IMG/VR virus record: IMGVR_UViG_3300031977_002862
Coordinates: 27,845-91,844 of that record
DNA: 64,000 bases
DNA from: a virus
Reading direction: 5' to 3' (one strand)
Of the stretch, positions 57,054-64,000 are shown in pieces. The notes under the pieces are model-generated. The model was not told the DNA's origin. It worked only from the letters and a program-made list of their open reading frames with translations, and ran no database searches. The position numbers and the translations under genes are program-made. Position 1 is the stretch's first letter. Every line of letters begins with the position of its first letter.

Positions 57054-57409
57054 AATCAGGAAAAGTTTGGGGAACAACACAATTAATTGAGCATAACAAC
57101 TCATTAGAGTTTCATAGAATTGAATTTCAAGAAGGCTTTTGTTGTTCCGAACATTATCACAAAACAAAATGGAATGGATTTTTTGTAGAATCCGGCGAGA
57201 TGATGGTAAAGACTTGGCAAGAAGAGCCAAAAGAAGAAACGCCCCATCTCTGCGATCAAACAATTCTTCGTGCGGGAGACTATTACAAAGTCGAGCCTGG
57301 AAAATGGCATCAATTTTTAGGCATTAAATCAGGAGTTGCTTTTGAGCTGTATTGGGCAGAGTTTGATGGCAATGACATTATAAGACGAACACAAGGAAAA
57401 AAATTATGA
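57050..57409 (+). CDS. Cupin-domain protein (sugar isomerase-like)
   Basis: GKVWG, SEHYH..K...F, PG.WHQF. Confidence 0.7.
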   Translation: MKSGKVWGTTQLIEHNNSLEFHRIEFQEGFCCSEHYHKTKWNGFFVESGEMMVKTWQEEPKEETPHLCDQTILRAGDYYKVEPGKWHQFLGIKSGVAFELYWAEFDGNDIIRRTQGKKL

Positions 57410-57533
57410 GACAGACAGAATTAAAACTTGACACAAAACTAGAAAGCCCTTATAATGGTCGTTTCTGGTGTTGGATTCGGCAAGAATTTTTTTCTTGGCC
57501 GGAATTTGTTAGCTATTATAGGAGAAAGAGATT

Positions 57534-58106
57534 ATGATTATTCACTGCCATGAAGATGACAGATGGATGTACACAGACGGATGGAATAGCCCTCCAATTG
57601 TTGTGCCCTCAGTAGTATTTCAAACGCGAGTGCGAGATGAAACTATTGAAGGTGCGAATCCTTATCGTTGGGAGCAGAAAACTACCTATGATTACTTTGC
57701 AAGTAAAAGAGTAGTTGTATTCTCCCTGCCGGGCGCTTTCACGCCAACCTGTTCAACCTATCAGCTTCCTGGTTTTGAAGCGCTCTATCCTACTTTTCAG
57801 AATAGAGGTATCGATGAAATCTACTGTATTTCTATGAACGATGCTTTTGTCATGAACAAGTGGGCGGTTGATCAGAATATTCAAGACGTAAAACTTATAG
57901 CCGATGGAAATGGGGATTTTACTCGTGGGATGAATATGGAAGTTCGAAAAGAGAATCTTGGCTTCGGAACTCGTTCTTGGCGCTATGCAATGGTAGTTAA
58001 TAACGGTCTCATCGAAAGTATGTTTATTGAAGAAGGCAAAGGGGATAATCATGAAGAAGATCCCTACGAATACACTATTCCTGCCTTTATTCTGGATACT
58101 CTCTAA
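57534..58106 (+). CDS. Peroxiredoxin (Prx5-like)
   Basis: LPGAFTPTCS, NDAFVM, RSWRYAM; promoter TTGACA-17-TATAAT at ~57428. Confidence 0.92.
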   Translation: MIIHCHEDDRWMYTDGWNSPPIVVPSVVFQTRVRDETIEGANPYRWEQKTTYDYFASKRVVVFSLPGAFTPTCSTYQLPGFEALYPTFQNRGIDEIYCISMNDAFVMNKWAVDQNIQDVKLIADGNGDFTRGMNMEVRKENLGFGTRSWRYAMVVNNGLIESMFIEEGKGDNHEEDPYEYTIPAFILDTL

Positions 58107-58354
58107 TGGATTTGACTAAAATCAATAAGCTGGTAATCACAATGGAGGAGTGCGGAGAACTTATCCGCGCTTGCTCGAAAGTGATGAGACATGGAACTGA
58201 AAATCCCAAGTATCTCACAAATCTAATCGACGAAATGGGTGATGTCAAGGCGATGATTGCTGTGCTCGCAGACGCATATAACCTAGACCAGGGCAAGATT
58301 GAAGATGCCGTGCAGAAACGTCTTGCAAAGATGAAACGCCCCGATTACGAGTGA
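58106..58354 (+). CDS. MazG-like nucleotide pyrophosphohydrolase
   Basis: MEECGEL...SK, EMGDV. Confidence 0.7.
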   Translation: MDLTKINKLVITMEECGELIRACSKVMRHGTENPKYLTNLIDEMGDVKAMIAVLADAYNLDQGKIEDAVQKRLAKMKRPDYE

Positions 58355-58424
58355 GGACAAAAAAAGTTCTTGACATTTTTTCCGAACACTGTTATACTAT
58401 TGGAAATTGTGAGAGAAGCGTTCC

Positions 58425-59012
58425 GTGAATATTTTTGTTCTTGACAACGACATTGACTTATGTGCCCAGTATCATATAGACCCACACTCGGGTAAGATGC
58501 AGCTCGAAAGCGCGCAAATGCTGTGCACAAATCACTGGATTGATAGGTATCTCGGATATGTACCGCGTAAGCTCACAAGTGAAGAATGGGCCGTACTTAA
58601 AGAGGCTAAGGCGAATCAACATCGCGATTTTCCTTATCTTCCTACTATGTACAATCACCCTTGTACAGTGTGGGCCAGAGAGTCACAAGAAAACTACGAG
58701 TGGCTCTTCTGCTACGCCCACGCGCTCAATCAAGAACACATCTACAGAGGTGGTGCAGACCACAAATCTTTTTCCCAAGTCATCTCGAAGTTGCCTGATA
58801 TGGTACACCTACCAAACAGGGGACTTACGCCTTTCGCTCAAGCAATGCCAGAAGAACTAAAAAGTGATGATGCCATTGCTTCGTATCGAATGTTCTATAT
58901 GAAAGACAAAGCCGCTATCGGTAAAGGTGCCACATGGAAAGTCCGTGGCAAACCGTGGTGGTGGGACGAAGAAATTGCAGACTACAATGAACGAATTTCG
59001 AGAGTAGCATGA
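58425..59012 (+). CDS. Pyrimidine-dimer DNA glycosylase-like protein
   Basis: MNIF.LD, KM.LE.AQML, NHPC.VW, TPFAQAMP. Confidence 0.7.
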   Translation: MNIFVLDNDIDLCAQYHIDPHSGKMQLESAQMLCTNHWIDRYLGYVPRKLTSEEWAVLKEAKANQHRDFPYLPTMYNHPCTVWARESQENYEWLFCYAHALNQEHIYRGGADHKSFSQVISKLPDMVHLPNRGLTPFAQAMPEELKSDDAIASYRMFYMKDKAAIGKGATWKVRGKPWWWDEEIADYNERISRVA

Positions 59013-59176
59013 TTCTAAAAGCAAATACATCAATTGAGTTACAGTGTGACTGGAACGGTAACTTCAAGCTTATTGATCCTGAAGGAGTAATCTGGCACTA
59101 CAAAAGAGAGAAGTGGGCGGAGTGTCAGAAGCATATGTGGGACTTAGTTAAACCGGCTCAGGGAGATCCAAAGTGA
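59009..59176 (+). CDS. Hypothetical 55-aa protein
   Basis: Hand-read ORF overlapping both neighbours (ATGA/GTGA). Confidence 0.5.
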   Translation: MILKANTSIELQCDWNGNFKLIDPEGVIWHYKREKWAECQKHMWDLVKPAQGDPK

Positions 59177-59823
59177 GAAGAGGAATCAAGAAAAAGGAAG
59201 GAGAAAACCTAACTGATGCAAACATTAAGAAGGTTATCCGTTTACTTACGCAGGAAAACCCGATTACAAAAAGGGAAGCGTGCGATATTCTTAATATCAG
59301 CTATAATACCACTCGTCTTTCTCGGATTATGGAACAGTATCAAGCGGATATGGAATTTCGTAAAACGAGAATGGCGCAAAAGAGGGGTAGACCCGCGACC
59401 AAGGATGAGATCTCAGATATTGCAGAGTCCTATCTCGGAGGGGAGAGTTTATCAGATATTGGCAAGAGAGTTTACCGTTCGGTAGCTTTTGTCAAAAATG
59501 TAATTGAAAAAGTAGGTGTTCCAACTCGAACTGTCGGAGACGATAAGTTTGAAATTGAATACCTGCCAGAAGAGTGTGTAGGTGAAGACTTCACTGTTGG
59601 AGAGATCGCCTGGTCAGCCAAATACCACACTTCGTGTGAAGTAATGGCAAAACTTGAAGATAGATACAATGATACATATGGTACTAACTGTTATCGTATA
59701 TGGATACGAGAGCCAAGTGAACATGCAACCACGTTCGGAGGATTCAATGCCTACGTTCCTGCATACGACCTTGGAAAGTTGGAGCATCTAAAAGAATATG
59801 GACTCAATACTAAGCGTCTTTAG
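59173..59823 (+). CDS. T5 D2-like protein
   Basis: ITKREACDILNISYNTTRL...; position before D3 and ligase. Confidence 0.7.
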   Translation: MRRGIKKKEGENLTDANIKKVIRLLTQENPITKREACDILNISYNTTRLSRIMEQYQADMEFRKTRMAQKRGRPATKDEISDIAESYLGGESLSDIGKRVYRSVAFVKNVIEKVGVPTRTVGDDKFEIEYLPEECVGEDFTVGEIAWSAKYHTSCEVMAKLEDRYNDTYGTNCYRIWIREPSEHATTFGGFNAYVPAYDLGKLEHLKEYGLNTKRL

Positions 59824-60052
59824 TTACTATGCAATCTTCTGTATTACAACTTTAATTTGTATACTTGGACTTCAAATACATGCCATTCGCACCGTCGGAG
59901 TTCGCTTCGGCTGGTGGGGTGGCACAATCTATTACACACTTACTGCTGGAGGAGTTCTTATCTTCGCCCCAGCATTTTTTATTGTTTTTATATTTCGGTC
60001 AGAACGATATTATAATCGATTAATTGACTATTTGGTAGAAAATTTTACTTGA
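59798..60052 (+). CDS. Membrane protein
   Basis: Two TM helices. Confidence 0.55.
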   Translation: MDSILSVFSYYAIFCITTLICILGLQIHAIRTVGVRFGWWGGTIYYTLTAGGVLIFAPAFFIVFIFRSERYYNRLIDYLVENFT

Positions 60053-60185
60053 CATACTTGCTCTCACCCACTATAATACTTGTATTGAATGTGAGGAAGC
60101 AATGGGCGACCGATTTTATTTACAACAACTTGAACGCCTTGGCACTTGTCCAGGGTACTATGGCAAACCAAAACGGAGATCACGA

Positions 60186-60545
60186 ATGGCGTGGGATGAT
60201 GACAAGAAAGAACAGGCAGTAGAGATGTATACGGCAGAAGAGCCAACGCCTGAAAATTCTATGGAGATTGTGAAGAGTATTGCAGACGAACTGGGTGAGA
60301 GCCCCAATGGTGTGCGTATGATTCTAACGAAAGCAGGCGTATATGTCAAGAAGGCTCCTGCTGTCGGTGCCAAGAAGTCTACTACTTCTACCGGCGGAAC
60401 TCGTATCAACAAAGCTGCGGCTCAGGAAGCTCTGACTGCTGCCTTGACTGACGCAGGTGTCGATATTGACGATGATATTATTTCTAAACTTACTGGTAAA
60501 GCTGCCCAGTATTTTGCAGACGCTCTCAATAAAGTAGCAGCTTAA
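60186..60545 (+). CDS. T5 D3-like DNA-binding protein
   Basis: MAWDD.KK..AV.MY, SPNGVRMIL.KAGVYVKK, KLTGKAA.YF; GGAG RBS; promoter at ~60049. Confidence 0.8.
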   Translation: MAWDDDKKEQAVEMYTAEEPTPENSMEIVKSIADELGESPNGVRMILTKAGVYVKKAPAVGAKKSTTSTGGTRINKAAAQEALTAALTDAGVDIDDDIISKLTGKAAQYFADALNKVAA

Positions 60546-60550
60546 TTAGC

Positions 60551-60577
60551 CAGGGGCCTTGCGCCCCTGCATTTTTA
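60551..60577 (+). terminator. Terminator-like hairpin
   Basis: CAGGGGC-cttgc-GCCCCTG followed by CATTTTT. Confidence 0.6.
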
Positions 60578-60632
60578 GCCCAAGACATTACGACAAAAGA
60601 GGTTTTGCTCAACGTGTCATTGGAGCTAAATA

Positions 60633-60896
60633 GTGAACAAAGAAGAACTCAAGTCGAAGGTTGAGGACTGTGGGGACGCTATCATTACGTATAAGAGTCC
60701 CAACTCAAAGAAAACAAAGTACAATGTCTGTACTGTAGATTTCTCTACTCCTTACATCCAAGACAAAAAGAATAGAGCGAAGGAAGACGATCGAAGTGTC
60801 CTAATGTTTTGTTGGGACACCGATTCTTTTCGCCTTATGAAAGCTGAGAATGTGACCTCGGTAGTACCCCTCTCGAATGTGTTGAGGAACGACTGA
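60633..60896 (+). CDS. Conserved T5-like hypothetical protein
   Basis: KYNVCT.DF.TPYI, FCWDTDSFR. Confidence 0.65.
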   Translation: MNKEELKSKVEDCGDAIITYKSPNSKKTKYNVCTVDFSTPYIQDKKNRAKEDDRSVLMFCWDTDSFRLMKAENVTSVVPLSNVLRND

Positions 60897-61174
60897 TGGA
60901 AGCATACTCAAAAATTATCAAATCAGAACCTCATCGTCAGGTTCGTCTAACTATTAATGAGTTTCGAGAGGAAGAATATCTTCATCTTCGTGAGTATTAT
61001 CAGGATTTTGATGAAGAGTGGAAGCCTACTGATAAAGGCATTGCCATACCTCTTGAGCTTGAAACCTCGAAGGAATTATTCGTGGCTTTTTCTGAAATCA
61101 TTTCTCTAGCGGAGAGTAAACAAGTGCTAGAAGAATTCTTCGGAGAACTTATTCGTGACTTATATCAAAAATAA
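60896..61174 (+). CDS. PC4/p15-like ssDNA-binding protein
   Basis: VRLTINEFR..YLHLREYY....EW.PT.KGI. Confidence 0.75.
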   Translation: MEAYSKIIKSEPHRQVRLTINEFREEEYLHLREYYQDFDEEWKPTDKGIAIPLELETSKELFVAFSEIISLAESKQVLEEFFGELIRDLYQK

Positions 61175-61230
61175 ACTTGACATAAATCGCTTAAGCCTCT
61201 ATAATATTCTTTTTAATTGTGAAGGGTAAA

Positions 61231-62196
61231 ATGCAAAAACTTCTTGATGCAGCCTCCAAAGCCTACTACGAAGGCACTCCCATTATGTCAGATGCACAGT
61301 TCGACGAGCTGTCTTCTTCCTTTGGGTACGAATCCGTAGGATACAACGATAACTTTGAAATGAGTCATCTGTATCCGATGTACAGCCTTCAGAAAGTCTT
61401 TGTAGGAGAAGAGCATCCTCCCATATACCATACCGTCAGCGAAGCTGGGGAGCAGGAGACAATCGTGTCACCCAAGCTCGACGGTGCAGCAGTATCTCTC
61501 GGGTACTACGAAGGCGAGCTAGTAGTAGCTCTCACTCGTGGAAACGGAAAGATGGGTCGTATCATTACTGATAAGATGCGCTTTCTAGTTCCTGAAAAGA
61601 TAACTCGTATGGGTGCGGTACAGATAACCGGTGAAGTAGTTGCTCCGAAGTCTATACCGAATGCTCGGAACTATGCGTCAGGCTCTTTGAACCTCAAGTC
61701 TCTTGATGAGTTCAAACTCAGAACGAATGAGTTGCGTTTCGTAGCTTATGATGTTCAGCCTGCCCTTTGCGAAACTTGGTCTGAAGATCTGTGTAGGCTC
61801 ATTTTGAATGGGTTTGCTACAGTGATTGAGTCCAACTGGGAGCAGTTTCCACAGGATGGCCTCGTATACCGCACTAACAATCGTGCGGAGTATGAAGCAA
61901 TGGGCTACACAGCTCACCATCCTCGTGGTGCTTTTGCTCTCAAAGAACGACCTCCTGGAGTTATTACTCAACTTCTTGACGTTGTTTGGCAGGTAGGGAA
62001 ATCCGGAGTGGTCTCTCCTGTTGCTATACTTGAGCCTGTACTGATTGGGGAAGCCACAGTCAGTCGGGCTACACTCCACAATATGAAATATATCACTGAG
62101 CTAGGATTAGAGATTGGTTGTTCTGTCGAAGTAATTCGATCCGGTGAGATTATTCCAAGAGTCGTCAGACGAGTAGAAGGAGAAGCGTGTGTTTGA
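61231..62196 (+). CDS. ligA: NAD-dependent DNA ligase, subunit A (adenylation + OB)
   Basis: KLDG, TRGNG, GEV, NARNYASG, DGLV, WQVGKSG, RATLHN, RSGEIIP. Confidence 0.93.
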   Translation: MQKLLDAASKAYYEGTPIMSDAQFDELSSSFGYESVGYNDNFEMSHLYPMYSLQKVFVGEEHPPIYHTVSEAGEQETIVSPKLDGAAVSLGYYEGELVVALTRGNGKMGRIITDKMRFLVPEKITRMGAVQITGEVVAPKSIPNARNYASGSLNLKSLDEFKLRTNELRFVAYDVQPALCETWSEDLCRLILNGFATVIESNWEQFPQDGLVYRTNNRAEYEAMGYTAHHPRGAFALKERPPGVITQLLDVVWQVGKSGVVSPVAILEPVLIGEATVSRATLHNMKYITELGLEIGCSVEVIRSGEIIPRVVRRVEGEACV

Positions 62197-62473
62197 AGAT
62201 GACCAAGACGAAAACATTTTCGGTTGGGTTGGGTTGAAAGATAATGGAGACCACTATGTTTCAGCGGTAGGATTATATGACTACTTCTGGGCACTAAAAG
62301 AAGAATCACGCACTAAAATACTTGAAGGATGGATTTCTGCGATAGAAGCCTATCTTGACCCTGAGTTTGCAAAGATAGTTAATTCTGAGGAAGGCGTTAT
62401 CTACATTTCAGAGAATGCTGAATCAGTTGAAGACAAACCTACTGCAAACATCATACAGTTTCCGAGTAGATGA
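62189..62473 (+). CDS. Hypothetical protein
   Basis: ORF coupled to ligA. Confidence 0.55.
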   Translation: MFEDDQDENIFGWVGLKDNGDHYVSAVGLYDYFWALKEESRTKILEGWISAIEAYLDPEFAKIVNSEEGVIYISENAESVEDKPTANIIQFPSR

Positions 62474-62832
62474 GTGGAGTATATAATTTAACATACTTCG
62501 AGAATCATCCCGAAGAAGCGCAAAAAGACGGAGTCCTTTACTGTGTCGTGTTAGTCAACAAAAAGACTAACAAAAGAGAATGCTTGAAGGTTGGAATCGC
62601 CGCTGGCAGAAACTGGAAAGACGTTCTTAGACGCAGTAAAGGATTTTCGCACTATGATATTCGCATTCAGCGAACCTACCATAGCACACTATTTAATGTA
62701 TGGAAGCTTGAGCAAGCCCTGCATGAAGAATTCAAAGAGTTTAGTTACTTACCAACGGAAAATTTTGGCGGTTATACAGAGTGTTTCGAAATCCGGAAAG
62801 AAATTATTTTAGCTATACCAGGACAAAAATAG
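62470..62832 (+). CDS. GIY-YIG-like (T5orf172-type) protein
   Basis: LY.V...KVGI...RR...LEQ.LH...GYTECF. Confidence 0.65.
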   Translation: MSGVYNLTYFENHPEEAQKDGVLYCVVLVNKKTNKRECLKVGIAAGRNWKDVLRRSKGFSHYDIRIQRTYHSTLFNVWKLEQALHEEFKEFSYLPTENFGGYTECFEIRKEIILAIPGQK

Positions 62833-62890
62833 TTCTTGACATACTAACTCAAACCGCGTATAATATGTATTCAATCGTTGGAGAAAGGCT

Positions 62891-63643
62891 TTGAAAGAAA
62901 TCATAGCACCTACAAACTGTCCGTCGTGTGGTTTCGCCCTTGAGTGGGAGAACGACCAGTTGTTTTGCTATAATCCGTCTTGTGAGTCAAAGACTTACAA
63001 ACTCATCGAGCATTTTGCTTCCACATTGAAAATTAAGGGTCTGGGACCATCAACTATTCAAAAGCTCAGGATAACTACAATTCCACAAATATACGAACTG
63101 AGCTTAGGTGAAATGGTAGAAGCCCTTAACTCTGAAAAGATCGCTGTAAAATTATTTGACGAAATACAGGACAGTAAGAAGGCTAGTCTTTCTGAAGTGC
63201 TGCCTGCTTTTTCAATTCCACTCATCGGAAAAAGTGCGTCCGCCAAATTGTGTGCAGTAATCAGTTCAATCTATGACTTAAACGAAGAGGCTTGTACTGC
63301 TGGAGGATTAGGACCCAAAGCAAGCAAAAATTTGCTAGACTGGTACAGTACCAAATTTCTCCGCGAGTACAAGTGGTTACCTTTCTCTTTTGAGTCTATA
63401 GAAGTTACTTCTGTAATTGAGCCGAAAGGCGTAATCTGTATCAGTGGCAAACTGACGTCTTTCAAAACTAAAGCAGAAGCACAAAAAGCTCTCACAAGTA
63501 GAGGCTACTTAGTTAAATCATCACTCACAAAAGATGTAACAATACTTGTCAATGAGAGCGGTCTGGAAAGTTCCAAGACAAAGAAGGCAAGAGAAAGTGG
63601 AATCTCTATTATCACTAATCTAAATCAACTTATAGGAAATTAA
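62891..63643 (+). CDS. ligB: NAD-dependent DNA ligase, subunit B (Zn finger, HhH, BRCT)
   Basis: PTNCPSC...C.N..C, IKGLG, IPLIG, BRCT (ISGKL, SSKTKKA); own promoter TTGACA-17-TATAAT at ~62836. Confidence 0.9.
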   Translation: MKEIIAPTNCPSCGFALEWENDQLFCYNPSCESKTYKLIEHFASTLKIKGLGPSTIQKLRITTIPQIYELSLGEMVEALNSEKIAVKLFDEIQDSKKASLSEVLPAFSIPLIGKSASAKLCAVISSIYDLNEEACTAGGLGPKASKNLLDWYSTKFLREYKWLPFSFESIEVTSVIEPKGVICISGKLTSFKTKAEAQKALTSRGYLVKSSLTKDVTILVNESGLESSKTKKARESGISIITNLNQLIGN

Positions 63644-63644
63644 T

Positions 63645-64000
63645 ATGGCAATTCCAAAGTGGACTGATGAGCGCACCGCTGCTCTTACTGAGTTTGTTGG
63701 TAGCGAATCACCAGTATCTTACAACACGGTTGTCGAAGCTGCTGACCAGCTCGAAACCTCTCCTCGTTCTGTAGCATCTAAGCTGCGTAAAATGGGGCAC
63801 GAAGTAGAATCTTCTGCTTCTGTAACTTCTCGTGCATTCACTGAATCACAAGAAAATACTCTCCGTAGCTTTGTTACGGACAACTCAGGTGCATACACCT
63901 ACGGTCAAATCGCTGAAGCTTTTGAAGATGGCGAGTTCTCTTCAAAGCAGATTCAGGGCAAGTTGCTTTCTATGCAACTGACTGAGCACGTGAAGCCTAC
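63645..64000 (+). CDS. T5 D5-like DNA-binding protein (partial)
   Basis: MAIPKWTDERT..., RSVASKLRKMG, KQIQGKLLSM.LT; follows ligB as in T5. Confidence 0.8.
   Translation, partial: MAIPKWTDERTAALTEFVGSESPVSYNTVVEAADQLETSPRSVASKLRKMGHEVESSASVTSRAFTESQENTLRSFVTDNSGAYTYGQIAEAFEDGEFSSKQIQGKLLSMQLTEHVKP

Noticed and set aside
61231-63643. Ligase as a pseudogene or intron-split gene
   Set aside because: Both halves are intact with their own starts, as in T5, and I recognised no group I intron core.

Overview
A 64-kb segment of a lytic T5-like siphovirus (Demerecviridae-like gene order, probably marine, proteobacterial host). Positions 1-30.6 kb (minus strand) hold the virion and packaging module. 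It contains a giant (>3,469 aa, truncated) baseplate-hub/tail-fibre fusion, Dit, tape measure, frameshifted tail chaperones, tail tube, head-tail proteins, a protease-capsid fusion, portal, nicking endonuclease, terminase subunits and a putative receptor-binding protein. Positions 30.7-34.8 kb are a GC-richer, T5 pre-early-like block (A2 homologues, HAD hydrolase, DEDD exonuclease, PPK2). That block ends in a non-coding zone carrying a perfect parS palindrome, two sigma54 motifs, an IHF site and ORF-less leftward sigma70 promoters. Positions 34.8-51 kb hold small early genes, an exported chaperone/pilin-like operon, very basic proteins, a circularly permuted (two-piece) tmRNA, large structured non-coding regions, Bfd, IscU, lysis genes, ThyX and Hsp20. 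Positions 51.4-57.4 kb are an AT-rich glycosyltransferase/methyltransferase island. Positions 57.5-64 kb carry peroxiredoxin, MazG, a DNA glycosylase-like gene, D2/D3/D5 homologues and the split NAD-dependent ligase. The most striking unexplained signals are (i) strong enrichment of a (G)SP(D) peptide motif in virion proteins alongside the glycosylation island, (ii) the parS/sigma54/IHF cluster at the putative injection-stop region, and (iii) the permuted tmRNA plus large ncRNAs. All calls come from reading the sequence by eye; no database searches were run.
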